Of a DNA stretch of 64,000 bases, positions 1 to 8,179 are shown piece after piece; position 1 is the first letter of the stretch; the number at the start of each line of letters is the position of its first letter. Origin of the DNA: Victivallaceae bacterium (lineage in GTDB: Bacteria > Verrucomicrobiota > Lentisphaeria > Victivallales > Victivallaceae); NCBI GenBank assembly GCA_028718375.1, contig JAQULZ010000001.1, positions 5,383 through 69,382 of the forward strand. The letters run 5' to 3'. The notes beneath the pieces are model-generated. The model searched no databases. It worked only from the letters and a program-made list of their open reading frames with translations, and was not told the DNA's origin. Position numbers and translations under genes: made by a program.

Positions 1-1007
1 GGCAGGCCGATCAGCTCAATTGCCTGCATCGCCGAAGTCGCCAGAGTGAGCGCCCGCGGATCGGCATTGCCGATGTCTTCCGCAGCGAAAATCACGATGC
101 GCCGGGCAATGAACCGGATGTCTTCACCGGCGTGCAGCATTTTGGCCAGCCAGTAAACCGCGGCGTCGGGGTCGCTGCCGCGCATACTTTTGATAAACGC
201 GCTGGCGGTATCATAATGGCCGTCATCGCCGTAATCGATGATTTTGCGCTGGATCGAGTCGGAGGCTTCCGCCTCGCCGATCCGGATCACCCCGTCTTGG
301 TCCGGGGCGGTCGTCAGCACCGCAATTTCCAGGGCCGTCAGGGCCTTGCGCGCGTCCCCCTCGCAGATAGCCGCAAGAAAATCCAGCGCTTTTCCATTTA
401 TTTCGAGTTTCAATGCTCCGAAGCCGTTTTCGTGGGTAATCGCGCGCTGCAATAAAGTCCGGATGTCTTCGGAAGAGAGTGGCTCGAGGGTGAAGGCCAG
501 GGAACGGGACAGCAGCGCACCGATAATATAAAACTGCGGATTGTGAGTAGTTGCCCCGACCAGCCGGATGTTGCCGTTCTCCACATCCGGCAACAGTGAA
601 TCCTGCTGGGCCTTGTTGAAACGGTGAATTTCATCGATGAACAAAATGGTGTTGCGCTTTACCGCCAGCCGGCGTTCGATCGCGATTTTCACCTGTTTGC
701 GGATGTCCGCCACGGTGCAGGTGACGCCGGACAGCCGGACGAATTCGGAATTGGTGGTGCGGGCGATGAGTTCCGCCAGACTGGTTTTACCGGTTCCGGG
801 AGGGCCGGAAAGAATAATCGAAGTGAACCGGTCGGCGGTAATGGCGCGGTGCAGTAATTTATCCGGAGCCAGGATATGGCGCTGACCGACATAGTCATCC
901 AGGGAAGCCGGCCGCATCCGGGCCGCCAGCGGCAGCAACGGGCTGCCGGAATCGCCGGAGTTATTTTTTCCGACCGGAGTTTCCTGATAAAAATCGAACT
1001 GTTCCAT
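1..1007 (-). CDS. rarA: Replication-associated recombination protein A (RarA/MgsA AAA+ ATPase); C-terminus truncated by window start
   Basis: Missing from the ORF track because it runs off the window edge. Hand translation of the minus strand from ATG (complement of 1005-1007) gives MEQFDFYQ...LDDYVGQRHILAPDKLLHRAI...IILSGPPGTGKTSLAELIA (Walker A)...ILFIDEIHRFNKAQQDSLLP (Walker B region)...LVGATTHNP...YWLAKMLHAGEDIRFIARRIVIFAAEDIGNADP (MgsA C-terminal domain). Confidence 0.9.
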   Translation of the reverse strand, partial: MEQFDFYQETPVGKNNSGDSGSPLLPLAARMRPASLDDYVGQRHILAPDKLLHRAITADRFTSIILSGPPGTGKTSLAELIARTTNSEFVRLSGVTCTVADIRKQVKIAIERRLAVKRNTILFIDEIHRFNKAQQDSLLPDVENGNIRLVGATTHNPQFYIIGALLSRSLAFTLEPLSSEDIRTLLQRAITHENGFGALKLEINGKALDFLAAICEGDARKALTALEIAVLTTAPDQDGVIRIGEAEASDSIQRKIIDYGDDGHYDTASAFIKSMRGSDPDAAVYWLAKMLHAGEDIRFIARRIVIFAAEDIGNADPRALTLATSAMQAIELIGL

Positions 1008-1656
1008 TCCGCGCCTGCATTAAGGCCGGGAAGCGACAGCCGTTAAAAAAACATATATAATTAGATTAAATGGTCAGGAACGGGAGCGTAACGCATCCGC
1101 TGAAGTTCCAGCTAAGTCCGTAAATATAAATTCTAGCTTCATCAACATTTCCTGTACATTCCATTATAATCTAAAATATCTAACGCCACCCCTCAAAAAA
1201 ACGCCGTGGCGAATAAAAATATACATTTTTTAACCGGCAATTGTCCCGCTTCCGGGCAATCTTTGTTAATAAAATATATGTCATAGCATTGAACCCTGAA
1301 AAAACACCAGTCGATTCCACGCCAGATTTTACTATATGCCGGTAAACGGATATTTGCAAATTTTTTTATCTAATATTTCTGATAAAAACCGGATATTTGA
1401 GATTATCGCTTGAAATTGAAGGTGTTTTAAAATACTGTTAAATGAACTAGGACCCTCAAAGAGCATGACGGATTTTGTTTTATATCTTAATTGATTTGTA
1501 ATTATATAGTTAAATAAAAAAATGACGGAAAAATGACGGAGTATTTATAACTGCCTTTGAGTTCATGATTGCGGGCCGCGGAAATATTGCGCCCCCCTGC
1601 TGCCGGGCGCATTGAACATGCCCGGTGTCAGGCCGGAGCGGAGTTAAACTGATCAC

Positions 1657-3126
1657 ATGAATCCGGAAGCCAAACCATTTCATCCCGGCGACGTTCCGGC
1701 CAAACCGGGAGTATACGTTTACCGCGATCGTTTCGGGACGGTTATTTACGTCGGCAAGGCCGCTGACCTGCGCCATCGCATGAGTCAGTACTTTCAGCCG
1801 GGACGGCTGAAGGGTGCCGATCCCCGGCTGCGCTCATTGCTGAATTCGATTTATGACTGGGATTTTTTTGTGGTCGGCAACGAAGACGAAGCCTTGCTGC
1901 TGGAATCCCGCCTGATCAAGGAATACGCGCCTCAGTACAATGTTCTGATGCGGGACGACAAGCGTTTCCTGCTGGTCAAAATCGATTTGAAAAAAGATTT
2001 TCCGCGGCTCGACCTGGCGCGAATCCGGAAGGACGACGGCTGCAAATATTTCGGCCCGTTTCCCCGGGGTTCCGCGCTGCGGTCGACGATTGAATTTCTC
2101 AGCGCTTATTTCGGGCTGCGCACCTGTAAAGTCAATTTCCCGGATGAGCATACCCGGCGGCATTGTCTGAAACGCAGCGTGAATGACTGCCTCGAACCCT
2201 GTGCCGGCAGAATAACTAAAGCCCGATACCGGCAGCAGGTGGAAAAAATGCTGCAACTGCTGAACGGCAATATTTCCCCGATCATCGGCGAACTTGAAGG
2301 GCAAATGGCCGCCGCTGCCGAAAAAAAACAGTTTGAACTGGCCGCCCGGCTGCGCGATGTCATTACCAATATCGCGGCCGTTTTCGGCCGGAAAAACCGG
2401 TCATTCCGCTATGCGGCGCTCCCGGCGCCGCCCGGCGCCGCCGCGGTCGAAGCGTTGCGGCGGGTGCTCAATTTGGCTTCCCCGCCGGCCCGGGTCGAAT
2501 GTTTTGACGTTTCGAACATTCTCGGCACCCTGGCTGTAGCCGGCATGGTTTGCTTTGAAGACGGCCGTCCCGCCCGGGACCAATACCGGCGGTTTAAAAT
2601 CCGCTCCGTTGACCGGATCGACGATTTTGCGATGCTGCGCGAGGCGGTCAAACGCCATTATTCCCGTAAATTGCACCATCAACTGCCGCTGCCGGATTTG
2701 CTGCTGGTTGACGGCGGCAGAGGTCAGTTGTCCGCCGCGCTGGAAGCTCTGGCAGAAATCAATTGTCCGTTGCCGGCGGTCGCCGGACTGGCGAAGAAAA
2801 ATGAGGAAATATTTCTGCCCGGCCGAAGTGAAGCTCTGGTACTTGACCGTCATTCCCCGGCGTTGCGGCTCTTGCAGGCGATGCGGGACGAGGCGCATCG
2901 TTTCGCTGTCGGTTATCACCGCCGGCTGCGCGCCCGGCGCCTGCAGGAATCACTGCTGGACGAGATTCCCGGCGTCGGTCCCAAACGCAAGCGGTTGCTG
3001 CTCCAGCAGTTCGGTTCGATCCGCCGGCTGCGTCAGGCCGGGGTGCAGGAGATCAGGGAGAAGATTCCGGGGGCGGGGCGAATTTTTGCCGAAAGGATAG
3101 TTGAATTTTTACATGGAAAAGACTAA
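1657..3126 (+). CDS. uvrC: Excinuclease ABC subunit C (UvrC), compact 489-aa form
   Basis: GIY-YIG N-terminus (PGVYVYRDRFGTVIYVGKAADLRHRMSQYF), UVR motif (EKKQFELAARLRDVI), RNase-H-like endonuclease region (ECFDVSNILG...LLLVDGGRGQL) and C-terminal (HhH)2 (IPGVGPKRKRLLLQQFGSIRRL). GGAG lies upstream of the ATG. Confidence 0.9.
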   Translation: MNPEAKPFHPGDVPAKPGVYVYRDRFGTVIYVGKAADLRHRMSQYFQPGRLKGADPRLRSLLNSIYDWDFFVVGNEDEALLLESRLIKEYAPQYNVLMRDDKRFLLVKIDLKKDFPRLDLARIRKDDGCKYFGPFPRGSALRSTIEFLSAYFGLRTCKVNFPDEHTRRHCLKRSVNDCLEPCAGRITKARYRQQVEKMLQLLNGNISPIIGELEGQMAAAAEKKQFELAARLRDVITNIAAVFGRKNRSFRYAALPAPPGAAAVEALRRVLNLASPPARVECFDVSNILGTLAVAGMVCFEDGRPARDQYRRFKIRSVDRIDDFAMLREAVKRHYSRKLHHQLPLPDLLLVDGGRGQLSAALEALAEINCPLPAVAGLAKKNEEIFLPGRSEALVLDRHSPALRLLQAMRDEAHRFAVGYHRRLRARRLQESLLDEIPGVGPKRKRLLLQQFGSIRRLRQAGVQEIREKIPGAGRIFAERIVEFLHGKD

Positions 3127-3221
3127 TGTAAATCCAGGTGTTTTTTTCAATCGTTATAACTTTGCGGTCGGCAGCCGGGTGTAGCTGATTCCCGCCTGCA
3201 ATCCGACTGGAGAAAAAAAAG

Positions 3222-4943
3222 ATGAGACTTACTTTAAAATCTGCAATAATTCCGGCGGCAGTCAGCGGTATTCTGGCTTTGGGCGGCTGCGTCTCCGTTA
3301 AAGACCGTTGCCTGGCCCAGGCGGAACAGGGTGATGCGCAGGCGCAGGGCATTCTGGGCAGTATGTATCTTACCGGTAACGGGACAATAATAAATTATGA
3401 ACGCGCTTACTACTGGTTGCGCCACGGGGCCGCTAACAACGACAGCGTGGCGGCTTATTATCTGGGGGTGATGTATCAGTACGGGTTCGGTAAGATAATC
3501 CCCGACCGGATGCGCGCCGACCGCCATTATAAAAGCGTTCTTAAATCCGCCCATGACCAGGCGAAACAAGGCAACCTGAGATACGTCGATATTCTGGCGG
3601 AAATGTATTATTACGGGCGCGGCGTCGAGCCGGATCGGCAGCGGGCGTTGAAAATGTTTGAATACTGCGTCCGGAACCACTGGCCGGCGGCGATTGAGAA
3701 TCTGGGCGTCATCCTGTTGACCGGCGAAAAAATCCAGCGCCATCCCGACCGGGCGAAATCCCTGCTGATCGAAGCTGCATCATATAATTATCCCCGGGCC
3801 CAGTACTATCTTGCCGGATATTATTTTGAGCGCGGTAAACACCAGGCGGCGATGGAACATCTGAGACGTTCCGTCGAAGGCGGTTTCCCGCCCGCCATGT
3901 TCCGGCTCGCTGAAGAATATTCAAAAACTGATTCTGCCCGGGCCGACAAATTGTTTAAAGCCGCGGCCGGCGAAGGTTATGCCCCTGCCATGCTGGTCAT
4001 TGCCGACGGCCTGTCCGGTACCGAAGAAAAGCTGAAATGGATAAAAAAAGCCGCGGAACACAGTTCCGTCCCGGCCATGATTCAATATGCGAAACTGCTG
4101 GATAATCAAATCAATCCCAATCCGCCCAAGGAAATGATTCTTTATCAGCTCGCCCTGAAAATCCGGCCGGATGATCCCCGGATCCGGAAACTGATCCTCG
4201 AGTTGGACAACAGGACCGGATTATTTTTTCCGGTGAAGTATTCCTGGAGGAAGATTTACGGAGCGGAGAATATTTTGCTCGCCGCTTCGGAGATCGACCG
4301 GATTCTGCAGGGGTTCAAGGCGGGCATTATTTCGGCCAGCCGTAAACTTTTCGAGGAACGGCTGGCGTATAACCCGCTGCCGTTTTTCCTGAATAACGAC
4401 TGGTATCAGATTTATGACAACGGACTGCCGCTGTTATGGGCGGGACTGCTGTTCAAAGCGGTTGAAAAACAGGAGTCGAACAACCCCGGATTCTGGATCG
4501 GGTACGGTATTTCAGCCGGACTCGCCGGGCAGGGAACCACCCAGGCTTTTGCGGCTTTCAAGCTTAATGAACTGCTGAAAAAACACGAAAAGAATGCTGA
4601 TTATAATTCTTTGAAAAATATCGCCGTCCTGATGCAGGCCAACGCGCTGATGCTGCTGGGGTACGATGCCGAGGCTTATTCGTTTCTGTTCGGCAATGGG
4701 GAACTGCTGCGCGCCGACCTGCCTTTTCTGATTAATTTCATCAATTTCTGGTGCAAGCCCTTGTTGAAAGATAAATGCAAATTCAGCATTGCCGCCGGGA
4801 TCGACGCCAAAAAACTTGACCAGTTCAGTCTGCCCCAGAAAAAAGACTTCTGGGATTTGGAGTATGGCCGGATGATTTCTGCCAAAGACCAGGTGAGTGA
4901 ACCGAAAATCGACTTTGAGCGGGTAACGAAAACTAAAAGGTAA
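3222..4943 (+). CDS. Sel1-repeat (TPR-like) lipoprotein with an unassigned C-terminal half
   Basis: Signal peptide with lipobox LALGG|C. Repeated Sel1-type units (AQAQGILGSMYLTGNG, AAYYLGVMYQYGFG, LAEMYYYGRGV, QYYLAGYYFERG, AMFRLAEEY, PAMLVIADG, PAMIQYAKL). GGAG-A-rich RBS before the ATG. Confidence 0.75.
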   Translation: MRLTLKSAIIPAAVSGILALGGCVSVKDRCLAQAEQGDAQAQGILGSMYLTGNGTIINYERAYYWLRHGAANNDSVAAYYLGVMYQYGFGKIIPDRMRADRHYKSVLKSAHDQAKQGNLRYVDILAEMYYYGRGVEPDRQRALKMFEYCVRNHWPAAIENLGVILLTGEKIQRHPDRAKSLLIEAASYNYPRAQYYLAGYYFERGKHQAAMEHLRRSVEGGFPPAMFRLAEEYSKTDSARADKLFKAAAGEGYAPAMLVIADGLSGTEEKLKWIKKAAEHSSVPAMIQYAKLLDNQINPNPPKEMILYQLALKIRPDDPRIRKLILELDNRTGLFFPVKYSWRKIYGAENILLAASEIDRILQGFKAGIISASRKLFEERLAYNPLPFFLNNDWYQIYDNGLPLLWAGLLFKAVEKQESNNPGFWIGYGISAGLAGQGTTQAFAAFKLNELLKKHEKNADYNSLKNIAVLMQANALMLLGYDAEAYSFLFGNGELLRADLPFLINFINFWCKPLLKDKCKFSIAAGIDAKKLDQFSLPQKKDFWDLEYGRMISAKDQVSEPKIDFERVTKTKR

Positions 4944-4958
4944 TTATTTTCGAAAGGT

Positions 4959-6419
4959 ATGGGCATGGATGATTCCGCCACAAGAGTTTCAGAGATAAGC
5001 GCCCTGAAAGACTCGCTTACTGCTGCCGGGTCAAGTATCAGGCTGCTGTTTACCGGGCTTAAAAACGGCAGGACGGAATTTATCAATATTTTCCGGCGTG
5101 ATTTTATCCGGAATTATCTCATCACGCTGGATAAAATATCAGCTGACCTGGAATTGTTTTCCGCTGATCCGAAAAGCGGCCGGCGCCTTCTGGCCATCTC
5201 GAGCCCGGCCGCGGACTCGATCGACGCGCTTAATCAGTTGTTCATCGATTGCCGGGGAAAGCCCCTGAGCCAATGTTTGGAAGAGGCGGTTTTCGACGCC
5301 CTGATTATTCATGACATCCTGGCGCATCTGGACGATTTGACTGATGATGCGGTTTTTTTCATCCGGCACGCGGCGCGGATATGTTCCGGTGCGGCAATGA
5401 TTGCCGCGTTCATCGCGTTGCTGCGCCGGGAAGCCGGAGGCGATAACCGGCTGCTGCGGCTGCGGCCGGGAATGGACCGACTGCTGCAAGGTGAGAACTG
5501 TTTCAAACTGCCGGACGGCAAAATTTCTTCGGAAACCATGGAACTGTTGAAACGGAAGGCGCTGGCGGCCGATCCGTTCAGCGGCGGCAAGGCTTTCCGT
5601 TATCTGCACGGGGCGTTCGTACCGGCGGAACTTACTTCCATTCGTCCGGTCGAGGAATTCTTCGGTTATGGCCGGGTGCGGCAGACTTTTGAAGCGCATT
5701 TTCGGGATTTTTCCCGTTTGAAGTCAAATCTGCCGTTACTGGTTTGCAGTCTGCCCGGTCTCGGAAAAACTCATTTTACCATTGCTTACACTCTGAAGTA
5801 CGCCAACCTGACTCTGATCCTGCCGGAGCCGGAAGACTTGGAAAAGCCGCTTCAGCCCCTGGTCGAAAAACTCGCCGGACGCAAAGACCGCCGTTTCATC
5901 ATTTTTTTCGATGACGTCGATCCCGCCAAAATTAACTGGTATTATTTCCGCGCTAACGTCGGCGGCAGTTTTTCGCTGCCGGACAACGTTTCGATCGTGA
6001 TCGCTTCGAATTTCGAGTTTCCGGCCAACATTCTCAGCCGCGGCCGGGCGGTGAGATTTCCGGTTTTTGATGAAATCCGCTGCCTGGAGATGATCGAGGA
6101 ATTCCTGAAAAGCCGCGGTTTGAAGCATCGCAATCCGAATCTGGAACTGGTGATCGCCGCGGATTACATCGAAGATTTCGGCCAGCGCAAATTCGAGGAA
6201 CTCAGTCCCCGTACTCTGATCCGTTATCTGCAGATTTACCAGGAGGACATGAAAAAACGCAAACGGATGCTGGATATGACCCGGGCGGAAGTTTTTGCCA
6301 AACCGGATCCGCAGGTGTTTTACGAATTCAACGCCAAACTGATGCGGTCGCTGTACGGGGATGAAATCCTCGATGCGCTTCAGGATGAAAATCTGAAGCG
6401 GCAGCTCGGTACTTTATAA
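4959..6419 (+). CDS. DUF815-like P-loop ATPase with a ~240-aa N-terminal extension
   Basis: The C-terminal part resembles the DUF815 AAA-type family: LLVCSLPGLGKTHFTIAY (Walker A-like), RFIIFFDDVD (Walker B), NVSIVIASNFEFP (sensor-like). I cannot assign the N-terminal 240 aa. Confidence 0.6.
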   Translation: MGMDDSATRVSEISALKDSLTAAGSSIRLLFTGLKNGRTEFINIFRRDFIRNYLITLDKISADLELFSADPKSGRRLLAISSPAADSIDALNQLFIDCRGKPLSQCLEEAVFDALIIHDILAHLDDLTDDAVFFIRHAARICSGAAMIAAFIALLRREAGGDNRLLRLRPGMDRLLQGENCFKLPDGKISSETMELLKRKALAADPFSGGKAFRYLHGAFVPAELTSIRPVEEFFGYGRVRQTFEAHFRDFSRLKSNLPLLVCSLPGLGKTHFTIAYTLKYANLTLILPEPEDLEKPLQPLVEKLAGRKDRRFIIFFDDVDPAKINWYYFRANVGGSFSLPDNVSIVIASNFEFPANILSRGRAVRFPVFDEIRCLEMIEEFLKSRGLKHRNPNLELVIAADYIEDFGQRKFEELSPRTLIRYLQIYQEDMKKRKRMLDMTRAEVFAKPDPQVFYEFNAKLMRSLYGDEILDALQDENLKRQLGTL

Positions 6420-6438
6420 TGGCAAGTGAGGAGTTTAT

Positions 6439-7320
6439 ATGGGCACCTACCGTTTTCCGAATAAAATTTCAGTTCCGGAAGGATTTTTTATGGGTGAACT
6501 CATCGTTACGGAACAAATAATCGTTAATGCGCTGGAAAAACTGGGGATAAAAGCGGGTGATGTGGTATTTCTTCATTCCTCGCTGAAATCGTTCGGTTAC
6601 GTCGAGGGCGGGGCACCGACCGTGGTCAATGCCTTGCTCAAAGTCCTGGGCGCAGACGGCACGCTGGCGGTTCCTACTTTCAGTACTTATTTCTGGGATT
6701 CTCCGTCTCAGGTATGGGACCGGCAGCGGACTCCGTCGACCACCGGCGTCATTTGTGAAGCGGTACGCTTGCATCCGGCTGCGAAACGCAGCCCGCATGC
6801 GCCGCACCCGATCGCGGCGGTGGGCCGGCTGGCCGAAGATTTGACCGAACGCTATAATCTTACGGATTTCTCTGACGACAGTCCGTTCGCGCGGCTGATT
6901 GAGCTCAATGCCGCCATTGTCATGGCAGGGGTTTCGTTCAGCCGCTGTACGCTGTTTCATCTGCTGGAGGAAAAATTCCAGGTGCCGTACCGGCAATGGC
7001 AGAATTTCAGCGGCACGGTCGTTGATCAGGGCGTGACTGAATTCAAGACTTTTCCGTTCTACCGGACGTTCATTCCCGGGGTGAGAAACAATTTCGAATT
7101 TTGCGAGGAGCAAATGCTGGATGCCGGGCTGATTAAAACGGCTAATGCCGGGTTAAGCAAAATTATGACGGCTCGGGCTCAGGATATTTATGATTTTATC
7201 GCTCCGCGCATTCAGGACGACCCGTATTATCTCGTCACGCCGGAATCCCGCGACATTATCCGGAAATTCTTTGCCGAACCGGAACCGCAGGGGACAGGAG
7301 AATCAAAAGGACCGGTATGA
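6439..7320 (+). CDS. Aminoglycoside N3-acetyltransferase family (AAC(3)-like) protein
   Basis: EKLGIKAGDVVFLHSSLKSFGYVEGGAPTVVNALLKVLGADGTLAVPTFS is the characteristic AAC(3)/YokD N-terminal block. Strong GAGGAG RBS 6 nt before the ATG at 6439. Confidence 0.75.
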   Translation: MGTYRFPNKISVPEGFFMGELIVTEQIIVNALEKLGIKAGDVVFLHSSLKSFGYVEGGAPTVVNALLKVLGADGTLAVPTFSTYFWDSPSQVWDRQRTPSTTGVICEAVRLHPAAKRSPHAPHPIAAVGRLAEDLTERYNLTDFSDDSPFARLIELNAAIVMAGVSFSRCTLFHLLEEKFQVPYRQWQNFSGTVVDQGVTEFKTFPFYRTFIPGVRNNFEFCEEQMLDAGLIKTANAGLSKIMTARAQDIYDFIAPRIQDDPYYLVTPESRDIIRKFFAEPEPQGTGESKGPV

Positions 7321-7396
7321 AACCGAATCGGTACCGGGAAAAACAAGCGGTTACAGCGGATGCTGATGGAGCGGTTTTTCATCCCGCAACTTGGTA

Positions 7397-8026
7397 TTAC
7401 TGCAGAAGATCTCCGGGACCGGAAAAATCATAGGAGTTTTGCAGCGTTTGATATAATGTCTCATCGGACGTTTTAGCTTCCTCAGCCGGCTTTTGGGCGG
7501 GCGAATCCAATATTCCCGGCGCAAACGGGATGGAAACTTCAACCGGAACAGTACCTTCGCAGGCCCGGAAAAAAATCTTATAAATCAAGGCCGTATTCCA
7601 GGCGCCGAGAAAGAGCAGCGAATTCAGCGCGTCATTATTGCCGCGATCAAAATCCGTCCACCATCGGGTAGCCAGCGCTTCATCGAAATGCTCCAGTTCC
7701 GGGGGGTAGTCAATACCGATTTCAGCGGCTGCGTCCGTCAACCGGTTATCGCAGTAATCCACCAGATTAATATAACTGTTGTGGGTCAGATTGAATTCGG
7801 ATTTCATGAGCGCCATCAGCCGCGCATTTTCATTGAAGGATACGACCGCATCCGCCTGATTCCACTGCCCGGCCAAAACCTCGTCGTCATCCATGCCCAG
7901 GACCCAGGAATGCCATTGGAAATTATACAGCCAGACAATTGACGCAATATATCTCCGCTTATCCTCGACGACGATTTGCGTGTCGAAAAAAAATACCCGA
8001 TCCAAACTGAGTTCATATTCATTCAT
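7397..8026 (-). CDS. Hypothetical protein (210 aa from ATG 8026)
   Basis: The ORF track starts at a TTG at 8107. A good sigma70-like promoter (8070-8097) lies inside that extension, and ATG 8026 (MNEYELSLDRVFFFD) has GGAAG upstream. I recognise no motif. The gene is visibly more AT-rich than its neighbours. Confidence 0.5.
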   Translation of the reverse strand: MNEYELSLDRVFFFDTQIVVEDKRRYIASIVWLYNFQWHSWVLGMDDDEVLAGQWNQADAVVSFNENARLMALMKSEFNLTHNSYINLVDYCDNRLTDAAAEIGIDYPPELEHFDEALATRWWTDFDRGNNDALNSLLFLGAWNTALIYKIFFRACEGTVPVEVSIPFAPGILDSPAQKPAEEAKTSDETLYQTLQNSYDFSGPGDLLQ

Positions 8027-8069
8027 AATCACGGCTTCCGGTGATATATGAAAAAAATAAAAACATCCC

Positions 8070-8097
8070 TTAATAAGGAGAATAATGCCTAAGTCAA
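8070..8097 (-). promoter_or_regulatory. Putative sigma70-type promoter for the 7397-8026 gene
   Basis: On the minus strand: TTGACT (complement of 8092-8097), 16-nt spacer, TATTAA (complement of 8070-8075). Confidence 0.4.
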
Positions 8098-8179
8098 TAA
8101 AAAGCAAGGCCTTAAAACAAAAAAATCCGAAAAAATCCGAGGTTGGCGTATTTGACTTTTGGCACCCGCGTCGAAATTG

